Positions 23,759-38,900 of a stretch of DNA of 64,000 nucleotides are shown piece after piece. The notes beneath the pieces are model-generated. The model saw only the letters and a list, made by a program, of their open reading frames with translations, was not told the DNA's origin and did not search any database. A program made the translations under genes and the position numbers. The number at the start of each line of letters is the position of its first letter. Position 1 is the stretch's first letter. The stretch comes from Vairimorpha necatrix (taxonomy: Eukaryota). The stretch spans positions 496,001 to 560,000 of the forward strand of contig CP142731.1 of NCBI GenBank assembly GCA_036630325.1, in the 5' to 3' direction.

Positions 23759-26700
23759 TGTGGTATCCCGGGCTAACTTTCCCGGTGAGTAAATACCAAT
23801 CTATAATATTTTTAATATAAATGTTTTTATTATAATTTGTATAAGCTTCTTTAAAATCCGATCCTCTCATCTATCTCCTTTTTTGTACCCTTCCTTTCTG
23901 CGATTTTATTTATAGTAAATATTTTTCTAAAAAATTCTATGATAGTTTTGACAGGGAGGGAAATAAAGTAAATGTTGAAGACTAACAGTCTACAACACTT
24001 TTGCAAAAGTTATCTTGTAGAAAAATGTGTAACCTGGGAAACCTTTTTACGAGCGAATACCACTTTTTAATGTTTTTATTACTTTAAGCGTTAGCTTTTG
24101 GCGTGTTTTCCGTCTAATCGCCTCATTTTGTTCTCTTGTTGTTCACCCTTCTTTTTATGAAAAATTAAAAAACAAATAATTTTCTAGAAAATTCATTTTT
24201 TAAGAAGGCGTAAATTGATAGGTTGTAGAAAAAATACAGTCTACGACGATAATAAAATTCTCTAGTCGTCTCGTCTATGTCTTTCTAGACTTCTTGCAAA
24301 AATATTTAAATATAAAGTATCTTATAAAATAATCTTTAACTTAGAAAATTTGGTGTTTTTGCCGATGAAACGTCACTAATGTATGGCTATAAATATATAT
24401 TTATTTCGTATGTGTATACATGGGACGGTGGTTACTAAATACCATGAATGAACTGAAACTGACTTGACATACAGACATGCTTCGAGGCGTATATCCAATC
24501 TCTTGTTTCGAATAAGACTTTTAAAGGTATCTCTTTAGAATATAGAAGATTGGGAGATCTCTGAAGTAATGGGATGGAGAGACTCAGATTCAATCATCTC
24601 TACTCATAAAGAGATGCATATGAAGAAGGAAATAGAGACAAGAGAAGGGGGAAATGCTTTATTTAAGTAATTTTTTTAGATATCTTTAATCATGAAGAGT
24701 AATATGAAAAATTATATATTTATTGCTACAAAATTAATTAATGAGTAATATTTGCAAAAATTTGTCTATAGAAAAACTGTTGTAGTCGATAAAAGACTGA
24801 CCAATCATATTCTTACAGATGGATAGATTTGATTGACTGCTAAATGTATTTGGAAACATTACTGAAAAGGGAAGGAAATATGAATAAAAAAATTGACATG
24901 TCGACAACGACGAATTATGTCGGATACTACACAAGTAAAACATAAGAGGTATTCGACACCAAAATAAACACAATGCTGGTGCTAGAATTTTAAGGTGGAC
25001 CAAAGAATAATATAAAATGGCATTGGTTGTAAGCATAAAGGAATTGCATTCTTATGGGCGTCCCAAACTCCCGGAGGGAAATGGAAACATTGGAGATAGT
25101 TCATATATGGAAATTTTCGAGCCTCATAAAGACAACGATATAACTTTAAACATTAGGGTTTAATAACATTACAGAGACGAAGATAGAGATTTGTCGCAGA
25201 AGTTGCAGAAAGCAGCAGTGCTTATTGAGAGATCCTCTTCTAAATTTAGACGGTTTGTGTCAAATGGTCAGACAAATAACCAATGGAGATAAAGACTCTT
25301 TTATACTATTATACCATTACAGTTTAGACTTGTCGAGGAGATGAGTTTATTCTATGCCCTTATAAGAAGTCAGTAGGGTTTAAGCTGCATGCCGACGTGG
25401 GCAGAGGGCACAACACCAAAGTTCACTACGAAAAAGGATTTTACAGAAAGATAAGCTATATAAACCATTCGAGAAAAAATAATAAACAACGCACACTTCA
25501 CAAATAATGTAATTATTTCAGTAAAGATTTCAAATAACTAACCATTATTTTCAGTACGAAAAGAAAACCTTTAAAAAAATATATAAATGCATTAGATGAA
25601 TATGACAGGATGCAAAAAGCAAAGACAGTAAAAAAATTACATTTTTTTTTAATATCTACAAAATAGTTTTAAACTTTTATTGTAAAAGCTGCCTTTTTAA
25701 ATAAATATAAAGGTATTATATACCGGAGCCAATGTTTCTATCATAAACTACAACAATACTCCTTAGGAAGAACGTAATTAGATTATTGGATATAATGGGA
25801 TGTTTAGAATATAGGAAAGGAAATATTATATAGAACTCCTTAATAGACTCTACAATTGAAATCAATGAAAAATGCGTGATTTTTTCACCCTTAATAATAA
25901 AGACATTAAATATGTCGTTTTAGTTGCAAATTTGATACGTAACAATGAAAAATTTGATCTTAGACGATCTATATGCCCCCAAATATAGAATCTACTAAAT
26001 GTCAAACTTTTCTTGTGAGTTAGAAGATAATGAAATTTTAAAAGAGTATGAAGACGATTTTTAAAAAGAAATAAGCTACTATAATCTCTGAACTGAAAGC
26101 ATTGATCTAAGACAGACGAACAGTACAAAAATAATTTGTAAAAGGAACGGAAGAATACCAGAGTCACAAGAAGAGGCTGTAAACGAGGCAACCATCAAAC
26201 TCCTAGAACTTCGGATTTTAAGGTAAGCATAAGCCATGGTGTGGCAGAATATTGACTGTTTCGAAACCGGGCTAAACATGAAGAATGTGCGGAGAATAAT
26301 AAGAGCTAGAAAGCATAATTGCTAAGTACGCATACATGACTCTTAGAATCGACGCAATTTTTGACAGTCTAAGACTGTAACCATATTTACAATAGATGAA
26401 ACTAGTGCTTTCCATAAAATTCCTTTACAAGATGAAGACATGTAAAAAAATAACATTCTTTTGTATGGAACAGTATATAATTTAACCGTATGCATTTCGG
26501 AATTTTTTTACGCTTCAGCAACATTTAAAAGTGCAATAAACAATTTATCTAGGAAAAAAACTAAAATTTTGTGATCCTATACTTAGATGGTAAATAATAT
26601 GTTTATAAAACAAAAAGACAATAAGAAACCTGTAAAAATAATATTTTGGAAAAAAATAAGAGAAATAAATATATCGCTTAACTGCAAATGTACAGGTTTT

Positions 26701-27758
26701 TTGGATCAGAAACTAGGTTCTTATTGCGTCATCGGAAGTCACATTATCAAGGTAAACGAAACGCGCATTTAGATACACATGCAGGCCCAATTTCTACCAC
26801 ATAAAGAAATAAATAAGTTTTTATGAAAAACTAATCATTGTATGGATTTTGTGACAAAGATTGCAGAAATTATGGGACTCTTGGATAACGTACTTAAGGG
26901 CAGAAATCAAACTACGGGTAAAAAGGTTTAAACTCAAAGTCAAAGATCAAAATACGTTAAAATCGTTAAAAAGTACATAACTGAAATACAATACGTACGC
27001 AGACAAATTTAAAGCTTTTTCATAAAGTTACGGACTCATTTCAAACGAGAATTGGAGCAGTGCGCCTGAAAAAGAACAAAAGTTGAGCTGAAAAATGATT
27101 CTGCCTTTGAAAAGAGACTGGTTAATTGTCAGAAGAATTATTCATTACAATAAGAACTTATGGGCTTGTTTAAAGAACAGCAATTTATAAATTACATTTG
27201 GGAAGCAAATTTACGTTAAGAACAAACCATAAAGCTCTAATCATCAATGGAGAGTAAGAATCAACAAGTAAGATTCTCGGGTGAGCACTCTTATTGGCGT
27301 AATATGACTTCTAATTTAAAAATATAAAAAAGAATAACATAGCTGATCGTTTAGCAGATTCCAACAATATTGTGAAAACTTGTAACTTTGATATACATCA
27401 GTTATCTAAAAATAACACTATTGAAATACTAGAGAAGTATCATAAATATCTGGCCATGAGACATCGAACATCATAAAATTTCTGATTCTCGGCCACAAAA
27501 GTGGAAAATTATACATCGAGACATAATACAAATTTGTAAGTAATTGCAAAACATGTTTACGCTCGAGATTTCAACTCATGAAAACAAATAACAAGCTAAT
27601 ACTTTTAAAAAACCTAATCAGCTTTGGGTATTTGATCTGACAATGAAACTTTTGAAAAAAAAAAATGGAAGTGTATACATATTTGTAGCGATTAATCATT
27701 ATATTAATGTATTTAAAGAAGATTTCGCGGAGCAAAAATAGTTGTGAAATATTATTGT
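23759..27758 (+). pseudogene. Highly degenerate Ty3/Gypsy remnant C
   Basis: Begins TGTGGTAT like other LTRs here; broken pol-like remnants (FG..APATF-like ~26490, TNHKA ~27220); boundaries approximate. Confidence 0.5.
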
Positions 27759-30700
27759 TGTAGTTACTTACGCTAAAACCGAGCATTTATAATGCTTGGA
27801 TATTTCTTTATATTTTTATAATATTTTACCCCATCTTATGGAAGGAGAAAAGAAACATATGAAAAAAAATAATATTACTAACATGGCGACAATGACTATG
27901 GTATAATAAATTTCCATGGTAACCCAGACGAAGATATAGTAGTATGGCTAAGAGATCTACTACTTATAACTAAATTAGCAGGTTTGGGAGAGGAAGATTC
28001 AATGCAACTGATACTGATGAAGCTAAGAGGAATAGCTCTTTCTTGGGCTTCGGAATTATTAGAAAGAAGGCAATGGAAAATAAAAGGCGATGAATTTACA
28101 ACCCTTCTAAAGAAACGATTTGTCAAGTATAATGACACGGAATTTACCTTATCAAAATTCCTTACTTCCCCTACACCCTCATCAAGAGAAGAATTTTCAG
28201 AATTACTTAAGACTGGAACATTTATTCTAAACAAAAATTTTATGAATGTAGGAGCATTAATGCAGGTACTCATTAGCAAGTGCCCAGATACAATTAAAGC
28301 CTCTCTTTTTGAAACAGCCGAAAGGCCAAGAGACTGGCGACACTTCTGCCAAAGAGCAGAGCAACTATCATGGATAGCATATCCAGATAAATTATTAAAC
28401 AGAGTTTCAACCACCTTTAATAAAACTAACTATACAAACCCCGCTAAATATAAAAGCCTTCATAAACAAAAAAGATTTTGTAAGATCCATGGGACGGGTA
28501 ATCATGATACAGAATTTTGTTTTACTAAAAAAACTAAAGAATATGGGTTGGATAGAACCGTCAAATAAAAAAAAATTAATGTAGTGAAAGAAGACGAAGA
28601 AGAAATTGACCAAGACAGTCCAATCTATGAAAATAAATCTGATTTTATTTATTCGGTGAATATGTCAAACAATACATCAAACAAATTCTTCATATATGCA
28701 CAAATTGACAATACCAGAAGATTATGTCTCATAGATACTGGAGCCGATGTCTCGATAATACATCGGGATATAGTTAGTCCTAATATGAAAGAATATATAC
28801 ATCAGAATACAATACGATCGGCTTGTGGAACAGATATGAAATTAACGGCAAAGTTAAAAAATATCAAAATAGAAATCTTTGGATCCAAAATATATTCTCT
28901 CCTCTTATTACTGAAACAGAACCAAGATACATCATAGTTGGGACAGATGTGATAACGCAGCACCCAGAAATTTTAATTAAAGTACTGACAAATAAAAAAC
29001 TTGTGTCAAAAAAAATTATAAAGAAGTTCCTAACTATTAATCGGGTCGAAGAAGAAGAACATCTAAAAAGCAAGGAAGATATTTTGAAAAGATATCCAGA
29101 ACTATTTAAAGAAGAAATCAATACAGAACAGACTTGTCAAGAAGGTAGACATAATATAGATGTCGGAGAAAAAGGACCTATATACTGTAAATCATCACGA
29201 ATCCCAATACACTATGAAAAAGCAATTGACGATGAAATAAACAAAAATCTTAAATTGGGCATTATCACTCATAGTAAGAGTCCATGGAACAGCAGAATAG
29301 TACCAGTAACAAAACCTGGTGGCACCTTGCGTATGTGTATAGACTACAGACCACTAAACAAGATTTCTATTCAAGATAAATACCCTAGCCCATGGATAGA
29401 TGAAATTCTTGATGAACTTAATAAGTCAAGTATATTTACTTCATTAGACGCTACATCAGGATATTATCAATTAGAGGTCGATGAGAAGGATAGAGAAAAA
29501 ACTGCATTTTCATGGAAAACAGGCCATTATGAAATCGTAAGAATGCCATTCGGGCTTTGCAATGCTCCAGCAACTTTCCAAAAAAATATGGATAGAATTT
29601 TGAGAGAATATTTGGGAGAATTTGTTATTGCGTATTTAGATGATATTATTATTTATTCAGAAAACATTACGGAACATAAAAAGCATGTGGAATTCGTATT
29701 AAATAAAATTAAAGAGGCCAAAATCACTCTTAACTTAAAAAAATGTAAATTTTATAAGACTGAGCTCAAGATACTAGGAAACGTAATAACTGAAGGAAAA
29801 ATAAAACCAGACCCACAAAAGATAGAGACAATAAAAAAAATATCCGATTTCAGCTAATTTAAGGGAACTAAGATCTTTCTTGGGATTAATAAATTATTGT
29901 AGAGAATTTATAAAACAATATGCTGAAAAATCAAGACCCCTTTTTAATTTATTAAAAGGAGAAAGTAAAAAAAGCTGCAAGAGAATAGAACACGATGATA
30001 ATACGATCCTAGCATTTGAATCATTTAAGAAAGAATTGACCGAAGAGACTTCAAGAATACAGCCAGACTTTTCCAAAGAATTTATTTTAATAACCGATGC
30101 ATCTAATATAGGAATGGGAGCAATATTAGCTCAAGTAGACGCAAATGGCACAGAGAGGATGATATCGGCATACAGTAAAAGCTTTGACAAACATCAGTTG
30201 AATTATTCTGTATTAGACAAAGAACTTCTGGCCGTTGTAAAAGGAATAGAAAACTATCGGCACTATCTTGTAGGGAAAGAATTTATATTAAAGACCGACC
30301 ATCGTGCGCTAGTTTATTTGTGGGAATGCAAGGACACGACCACAAGATTACTTAGATGGGCTATGAAACTTCAAGAATATAAGTTTAAAGTCGAATACAT
30401 AAAAGGGGATTACAACGCAGCCGATGAATACTCGAGAGTTTGTAGCGTACATAAAGCGCGCGAAGAGAATATGAATATAACTGAAATAGAAAGACAGAAT
30501 ATTTTGAGAGAATATCATTTTACACTAGGACATGGATCAGCAAATAACATGAAAGCGATAATAAAAGAAAGATACTGGTGGAAGGGAATGTTCACTGATA
30601 TAGATAACTATTACAACAAATGTTTAACCTGTTTAAAAGCGGGCGGTGAAAAAGTCAAAACTAAAAATAAAGTAATCGAAACAAAAAACCATAATGAACT

Positions 30701-31182
30701 GTGGGAAGTAGACCTAGTAGGTAGATTAAATGACAACGGTAAAACCAAATTTATAGTTATCTGTATAGATCACCATACTAAATGGATAAAGACGAAAATA
30801 ATCAACCAGAAACCTCTGTAGAAATTATAAAAGTACTTGAAAAATTTATGAATAAGTCCAATGAAAAGCCCAATAGAATATTATCAGATTGTGGACTAGA
30901 ATTTGCAAATACAAAGGTTTCAGATTGGGCCCAAAGGGTCGGTATTAAATGGGACTTCTCGTCCCCATTCCATCATCAGACCATTGGAGCTGTTGAACGT
31001 GTGATCCAAACATTTATGAACAAATTGAAAAAGCTTACCGATTTTGGAAAGAGACATTGGACAAAGCTGGTGAAGGTTGCAACTTTAGCCGTAAATTTAT
31101 CTTATAACAGAGCTATTGGGACTTCACCATTCGTATATAAGGAAGGAAGATTACCAGAATTGAATATAGATAAAACGGATCA
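27759..31182 (+). mobile_element. Ty3/Gypsy element D, frameshifted, 3'-truncated by a Merlin
   Basis: PBS TGGCGAC at 27884; CKIHGTGNHDTEFC, DTGA, YLDD, TDAS, TDHRAL, integrase; 5' boundary approximate. Confidence 0.88.
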
Positions 31183-32264
31183 GGTAAAAAATACGACATA
31201 TAGACACCCAATGTTAATTATACGACATTATTAAAAAATTAAAGATTCGGCGGATTAAGAAACAAAAAAAAACAGATAAAACAAAGATATTTATTCAAAG
31301 CACAGACAGTAACCCCAGTAAAACAGATATAGCGCGTTTTCTATATCTATTTTTAAACATAATTTCATCGAGATAATATTGCAGCAAGTCATGTTTTCTA
31401 CCTTTCATTTTTTTTTATTATATTTTTGTTTCGACCAGTATGATTCTACATGTTGAGTATGAACTCCTGTATTTGGATTAACAAAATTAAGTGAATGAAT
31501 ACTGTGAGATGTTCAAAGCCTAACATTTCCAGGATTTTTTTGTAGGCAGCCCATTCATCGCTGTAAATAATAGTTCCACCTTTACGAACTGTTTTAATGA
31601 TAGGTAATAGAGTTGCAGCAGATCTATTAGTTACGACTTTCATATATTCTTTTGCCGGTTTGAAGCTTGTATCGACAATACCGAATACTTACACTTGATT
31701 ATTTGAAATACTACTAACATGGCTTTTCTGCTTGTGGCAAAATAAAGATTCGTCCAATTGGCATACAATTCCCTTTCCTCCTAACAAAATAGGGTCCAAC
31801 AATAAGCTTTCTGAAACTAAAATACGCAATTTGGAGTATATTTTAGAAACTGTCTGTCGAGTGATTCCATAACTATTAGCAACTGATTTTATATTTGTAT
31901 TTTCTAACCACAAAACTATAACGGTCCACACGTCTGATAAACTCAATTGAAAATCATAAAAAAAGGAATTTGTGCGTATGCTATAAGTCGAAAATGCTTT
32001 AACACACTTTGAATTATAACACACAAAAGCTCTTCCATCAATTACATCCTTCTTAACTCTTTCAGACATATATTCATCACAATTCTTACACTTTGAGCAA
32101 GAAAGTAATAAGTTTTTTCTTCTTAATATATCGATCACATAATCGACTTCAAAGGTTCTATGCTTAAAATTTGTTCCAATCTTGAAGTTCTGTTTCTCAT
32201 TTTAAGGGTAAAAAATATTTTTAATGGGTAAAAAATACGACATATTATGTCGTATTGTTTTACC
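31183..32264 (-). mobile_element. Merlin transposon with in-frame stop
   Basis: TIR GGTAAAAAATACGACATA; CQLDES, IYSDEWAAY; flanks give no matching TSD. Confidence 0.85.
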
Positions 32265-32808
32265 TGATTCGTTTAAAGTGCTTAGTTGAAATAGACGAGA
32301 TATTGCTTGTTAAAATTAAAAACCATAACGGTAGAATCCTTCAATACCAGTTTTGGGCTGTACGTGGAGTAGTAAGAGGAGACAGCAATTCCTTTTTTTC
32401 AAACTGTGGAAATTCGATTAAGAACTACTCTTGTCGATTTAATAAAACGAAAAATCGCACCCTGTTCTACAATTATTACTGATTGTTGGTGCGGTTATTA
32501 AGGGGTTTCGGAACTATGTCCGGATTATAACTATTTACATTTAACTGTAAATCATAGCCAAAATTTAGTAAATGCAACAACAGGCGCTCATACCCGAACA
32601 ATTGAGGGAATGTGGTCAGTAATTTATTGGGAGTTGCGCAAAGAAGGACTTGCCATGGTTCTTTAATGAATCTACTTCGAAAACTCTATATAGCTCGTTT
32701 TAAGTTAATTTATAGAGAATTACTACTTGAAAGAATGTTAAGCTTTTTTAAAGTTACAAATATATGGCTTTTAAATTACGATTTAGCGACTGAATTTGAT
32801 GTTGAAAT
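32265..32808 (+). pseudogene. Merlin transposase fragment; its 3' end resumes at 44430-44508
   Basis: Same family as 22865-23758; continues aattgaataa...gggtaacatcgcaacttaacc after element E. Confidence 0.8.
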
Positions 32809-33169
32809 TGTAGGAAGAGTGACACATGTCAAATCCAACTGTGTCCATCTTCAGAGATTTGACATGTCTGTCTTTAAATATTTTATAATAAATAAACCCA
32901 TGTTTTCACTCCAACAATTTGGCGACAAGGACAAGAACTTTCTCACTTTCAGAAATGAAGAGAAAGACAACCCACAGCAGTTCTTGGAGAACTTGCTAGA
33001 GGTGGGGAGGTTGCAGGAATACAGCGAGGGTAAGCTTATACTCCTTTTTAAAATGTCTCTAAAAGAAGAAGCAAGGGACTGGATTAACGCTCAGCCAATA
33101 GGACTAAGGCTTGATAAATTGATCGAGGGATTCAAAGGAAGATTTTTTAGCAATATACAATTGAAAATA

Positions 33170-35778
33170 TCATATATATAAAAGAATTTTATTTAATTTT
33201 TTACCCCTCTTTTTTGTGACTTTGAAATTTCTAAACTACATATTTAATGCTTATTGTGTTATTATAATATCAAATATAAACTCATTGAAGGATTTTGACT
33301 ATCATATGTGCGTATGCTATATATTAATGCATTTTTATTTTTATTATTATTTTTGTAAAACTCAGTTCCAAAATATCGTCAGAATCGTTTTTTAGAATTT
33401 ATTTAACCCTTCTAGAAAAAATTCAAAAAAACATTAACCAAAGAAAAAGTTGAATATAAGTGTCATAAAATGAGCTTATAAAATCCCAAAATTATCTCAT
33501 TATAATTTTTAAATGATTTGATTTCAACTTTACTCCTTATATGTTACTAAAAAGTATTTTTCAAAATCATGTTTTCTTCTTTTCAAATTCATTCATCATA
33601 AATTGGAAACTTAAGAAAATTAAAAGGGGAAATACATATTAAAAAACTAAACATTTAGATCCCGTTTTCAAAACGGGAAAGCATACGCTAGTCATCATAT
33701 ATATAAAAGAATTTTATTTAATTTTTTACCCCTATTTTTTGTGACTTTGAAATTTCAAAACGATACATTTTGTGCCTTTTACGTTAATATATTATCAAAT
33801 ATAGATTTAATGCTTTAATTTGATAATTTTAAGTGCGTATATTATATATTAATGCATATTAATTCATATTATTATTTTTGTAAAACTCAGTTCCAAAATA
33901 TCGTCAGAATCGTTTTTTAGAATTTATTTAACCCTTCTAGAAAAATTTTAAAAATAATTGCCAAAAGAAGAAATTGAATATAAGTGTCATAAATTGAGCT
34001 TAAAAGTTCCCAAAATTATCTCATTATAACTATTAAATGTTTTTAGATCAAGTTTTTTTCTTATATGTTACTAAAAAGTATTTTTCAAAATCATGTTTTC
34101 TCCTTTTTAAATTCAGTTATCCCAAAAATGGAAACTCAACAAAATTCAAGGATCAAAGACATATTATCAAACTAAACATTTAGATCCCGTTTTCAAAAGG
34201 GGAAAGCATACGCTAGTCATATATATAAAAGAATTTTATTTAATTGTTTACCCCTATTTTTTTGTGGTTTTGTAAATCTCAAACTTCTTATTATAGCTTA
34301 TTGTGTTATTAAAATAGTGTTTTCGGATTTAATGCTTTCGTTTGAATATCGTAAGTGCGTACACTATATATTAATGCATTTTTATTTTAATTCTTTGTTT
34401 TGTAAAACATAGTTCCAAAATATCATCAGAATCGTTTTTTAGAATTTATTTGACCCTTCCACGAAAAATTGTAAAAACATCTGAAATTTTTTTTTTGAAT
34501 GTAAGTGTCAAATTTTGAACGTATAAACATAATAAAGTTATTAAATTAGATTTTATAGAATAATTTGATTTGAATTCTATATTCAAGTTTCGCATTGAAA
34601 ATAATTTTAATGTGTTAAACATTGCATTCCCCTTTTAATTTCAAACCAAATATGACAACTTAAAAAAAAATTAAAGGTGGGACATATCATGAAACAAAAC
34701 ATTTAGATCCCGTTTTCAAAACGGGAAAGCATACGCTAGTCATCATATATATAAAAGAATTTTATTTAATTTTTTACCCCTCTTTTTTGTGACTTTGAAA
34801 TTTCTAAACGATACATTTTGAGCCTTTTACGTTAATATAATATCATATATAGATTTAATGTTTTAATTTGATAATTGTAAGTGCATATATTATATATTAA
34901 TGCATTTCCATTTTAATTCTTTGTTTTGTAAAACTCAGTTCCAAAATATCGTCAGAATCGTTTTTTAGAATTTATTTAACCCTTCTAGGAAAAATTCACA
35001 AAAATATTAACCAATAATGATTTTGAAGATAAGTGTCAAATTTTGAACGTAAAAACATAATAAAGTTATCAAATTAAATTTTATAGAATAATTTGATTTG
35101 AATTCTGTATTCAAGTTTTGTATTGGAAATAATTTAATGTTGTTGAAAATTGCATTTCCCCTTTCTTTTCAAACCAAATATGGAAATTCAAAAAAAGATA
35201 AAGGAGGTACATATTATAAAATAAACATTTAGATCCCGTTTTCAAAACGGGAAAGCATACGCTAGTCATATATATAAAAGAATTTTATTTAATTTTTTAC
35301 CCCTCTTTTTTGTGATTTTGAAATTTCTAAACTTCTTATAATAGCTTTTTATCTTATTATAATATCAGATATAAACTCAATGAAATATTTTGACTATCGT
35401 AAGTGTGTATGTTATAAGTTGATACTTTTTTTGTTTTAATTATTATTTTTGTAAAACTCAGTTCCAAAATATCGTCAGAATCGTTTTTTAGAATTAATTT
35501 AACCCTTCTAGAAAAAATTCACAAAAATATTAACCAAAGAAAAATCGAATATAAGTGTCAAAAATTGAGCTTAGAATTCCATAAAATTATTTCATTGAGA
35601 CTAATAAGTGTTTTTAACTCAACTTTACTCCTTCTATGTTACTAAAAAGTATTTTAAAAATCAAGTCTAAACTCTGTCAAATTCAATCATCCAAAATGGA
35701 AACTTTACAAAATTTAAGGATGAAAGACATATTCTAAACATTTAGATCCCGTTTTCAAAACGGGAAAGCATACGCTAG
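33170..35778 (+). mobile_element. Five tandem non-autonomous Helitron units (~520 bp)
   Basis: Units 33170-33691, 33695-34216, 34217-34739, 34743-35265, 35266-35778; TC..hairpin..CTAG; inserted at A|T in gag, no TSD. Confidence 0.94.
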
Positions 35779-35935
35779 TCTATTGATAAACTTTCTTCTT
35801 TAAGATATCATGGGGTTTTTTATTAAATTATCTGGATAAGATGGCGGGATTGGCACGAAAAGGCAATGTCCCGGAATGTGTATTGATAGCTTTTACATTA
35901 AAAGGACTACCTAATGACATAGCAAACATTGTGTT

Positions 35936-38900
35936 TGTTGTTATTATTTAAAAATTTATATTTTTACCCCTCAATTTTATGAACAGTGAGCATGAAAACA
36001 AAATGGTGGAGAATGAAAAAGTAATTCCCATGACAAGAGAGCTTACAAAAAAAATGCCACTCTAGAGCTCAAAAGACTAGGAAATCTGTCTTATTTTAAA
36101 AGCATGAGTGATGAACAGAAGAGTGAGTTTATAATCAGCAGAGCTTGCCCTGAAATAATTGATTGGTATTGCAACCATAAGCAGAGAAAGGCGGCTTTCA
36201 ATTGGAGTCGTTGGAAGGAAGAACTGGAGGAATTTTGCTCTCCTAATAAATTAGACATAGGATATGTGTTCCGTCTTAAACAGAAACCAGCCGAGACTAT
36301 TTGTGAGTATATTAAACTGGTGGATGAAGCAGCCAGAGTTCATAAACTAAACAATGAAGATATAATAAAAATTATCTTAGCGGGAATGAAAGATGAGATC
36401 CCAGATGTAAAAAGAATAATAATTAGAAGTAAAGTAGTTGATGAAGTTCTATTTAGTGACATTAGACTGTTAGAAGGTACTTATCAAGCAGAAAAATTAA
36501 AGAAGGAAGAAAGAAGAAAAATTAAAAAGGAAAAAAAGGAATTAGAAAAGAAGGAACTTGAACTTAAGAAAGAGGAAATTAGAGAATTGAGAAGTATTTT
36601 AACACAACTTAAGATTTTGAAGCTTCAGGAACCAAAACAAATTACTTGTTACAATTGCGGAAAGTCGGGACATATATCCAGATACTGTAGGGCTCCAAGA
36701 GACAGTAAAAATAAATCATTTAAAAGAATATATAAAGTTCTTGAAGATGCCGAGAAGAAAGTGCAAGATTATATTAATAAAAATAATTCTGTTTATATCA
36801 ATGGACTTTATTCGAGGCCACTCTAGATACAGGTTCTCACTATAATTTTATATCGAGGGCAGTTAAAAGAGTTTAAAAAGTTAAAACAAAAGTAACCATC
36901 AGAAAATGACTTTTAACACATGTTTGGATGAGCCTTTTATCATCGAAAAGCATGTTTTTCAAGAAATTGAATACCGAGGAAAGATTTTAAAAGAAAAGTT
37001 TTACATTTTACCCAAAGTAAGGGCAGAGAAAATTCTTGTTGGAAGAGAAACAATAAAAATTTTAATGGAAGAAAAGAGTGTTTACCAAGCAGAAATGAAA
37101 ACGAAAGAGGGTATTAAAGTTGTGGAAAAGATTTATGATTTGACCAGAAAAATTGAGGCAGGAATTGATAATGCAGTAAACGAATTGTTAAAGAAAGGAT
37201 ATATTTCAGATTCTAAATCCACGTGGTTGAATAATATTAGACCAGTTATTAAACCAAATGGAAGCATTCGAGTTACAACTAATCTTGTTGCATTAAATAA
37301 ATTAGTAGAGCAAGATCGACATTCCTTGCCTATTATAATATTATCCTAGTAAATTTAAAAGATATGAAATATTTTAGTAAAATTGATTTAAAAGATGGTT
37401 TCTTCCAAATTCCGCTTGCTAAATAAGACAGGCACAAAACTGCTTTCCGTGTTAGACATAGATTATACGGCGCTACTTCATTTTCTTGCCCCCCCCCTAA
37501 AAAAAACATCAATAAAAAGATACAAAATCGTGTTATTTTTCAAATCTAAACATTTTTTTTTGAGGGGGGCAAGAAAATGAAGTTAAGGTATTTTTTGTCG
37601 ATTTGAAAATTTTTAAATGCCTCCTGCAGATTCCTCATTAAGGGGTTAAAAAATTTTAATTTTTTAATTCCTAATAAGAAATTTAAAGGAAGCTATCTGG
37701 GAGCTAAATATCTGCGAAGATGCGTGCTTTAGGCACAATGAAGCAGCAATTGATTTTTTTAGAAAATGGTCTTCTAAAAAAGATCGATTGCTTGCAGACA
37801 TTGTTCGACATCAGAACGAACTGTTCTTATGAACATTAATGGATGTTCCGGCTAAATTGACGGTAAAGCTTTTCGTTGTGTTAATAAAAAGTGTAGTTCG
37901 AAGAGCTAACGTAAAAAAAAGTACGATGTTTAAAGGAATAAGCGTCCCATTTCACAAAATTCTTAAGCATTCTATTGCTGGGTATTTAATTATACTACTT
38001 ACCAAGCAATAGATCTGTGCAAAATATGTGAAAATTCATATATTAAAATCAAGGATACAGTGATGGAAATCTTTGCTTCTAAAAGCGATGATAGCTATCA
38101 AATTGGAGGAACTTCTGTTCGTGTACAATTTGATGAAACCGCCATATGCAACGGGTTAATTGTATCTAATCCTTCTTCAACTTTGGATTCCATGCCTGGA
38201 ATTCAATGGATTATAGGCGGCATAGTAGAAGGTAATTGTAGAGAATTTGTTCTTGAATTGCTACCGAATCGACAATCTGGTACTATTGAAGAGTTTTTTA
38301 GACACAGAGTAAAACGTGGCTCTATTATAATTTCTGATGGATACCCTTCATGCCCTCCAGCCTCTAGAAATTTTGAAAGTTAACATTACAAAGTAAATCA
38401 TTCGCTTGGGTTTATAAATGCAGAAGGAGACCACACAAATAATATAGAAAATTTGTGGTCCTATTTGAAGAATGAGTATAGTTCGAGTTGGGCTTAAAAG
38501 ACATAGGATTAATTTATTTCTAAAAGAATTTGCTTGGAAAAAAAGAAAAATCAATCATTTTAATAATGATGATCATAGGTGTGCTTATATAAAAATTTTA
38601 AAACTTCGTAGGTTAGAATAAATAAAATTTCTTCTAAATAATTTTTTTTTCTAGGGGGGGGCAAGAAAATGAAGTAGCGCCGATTATACGAATGGAATGT
38701 AATGCCCATGGGTTTTAGAAATGCCCGGCCATTTTTCAAAGGCACATGGATAGAGTTTTGGCCGATGAAATAGGGAAATCATGTTATGTTTACGTGGATG
38801 ATATTTTGATTTTTAGTAAAGATGAAACAGAACATATAGCAGTTTTAAGAAATATTATCGATATTTTAGAGAGAAACAAGTTAGAGCCAAATGGGGAAAA

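Noticed and set aside
33170-35778. CRISPR-like repeat-spacer array
   Set aside because: Eukaryotic context, ~520-bp period, homologous variable parts and Helitron termini; no cas genes.
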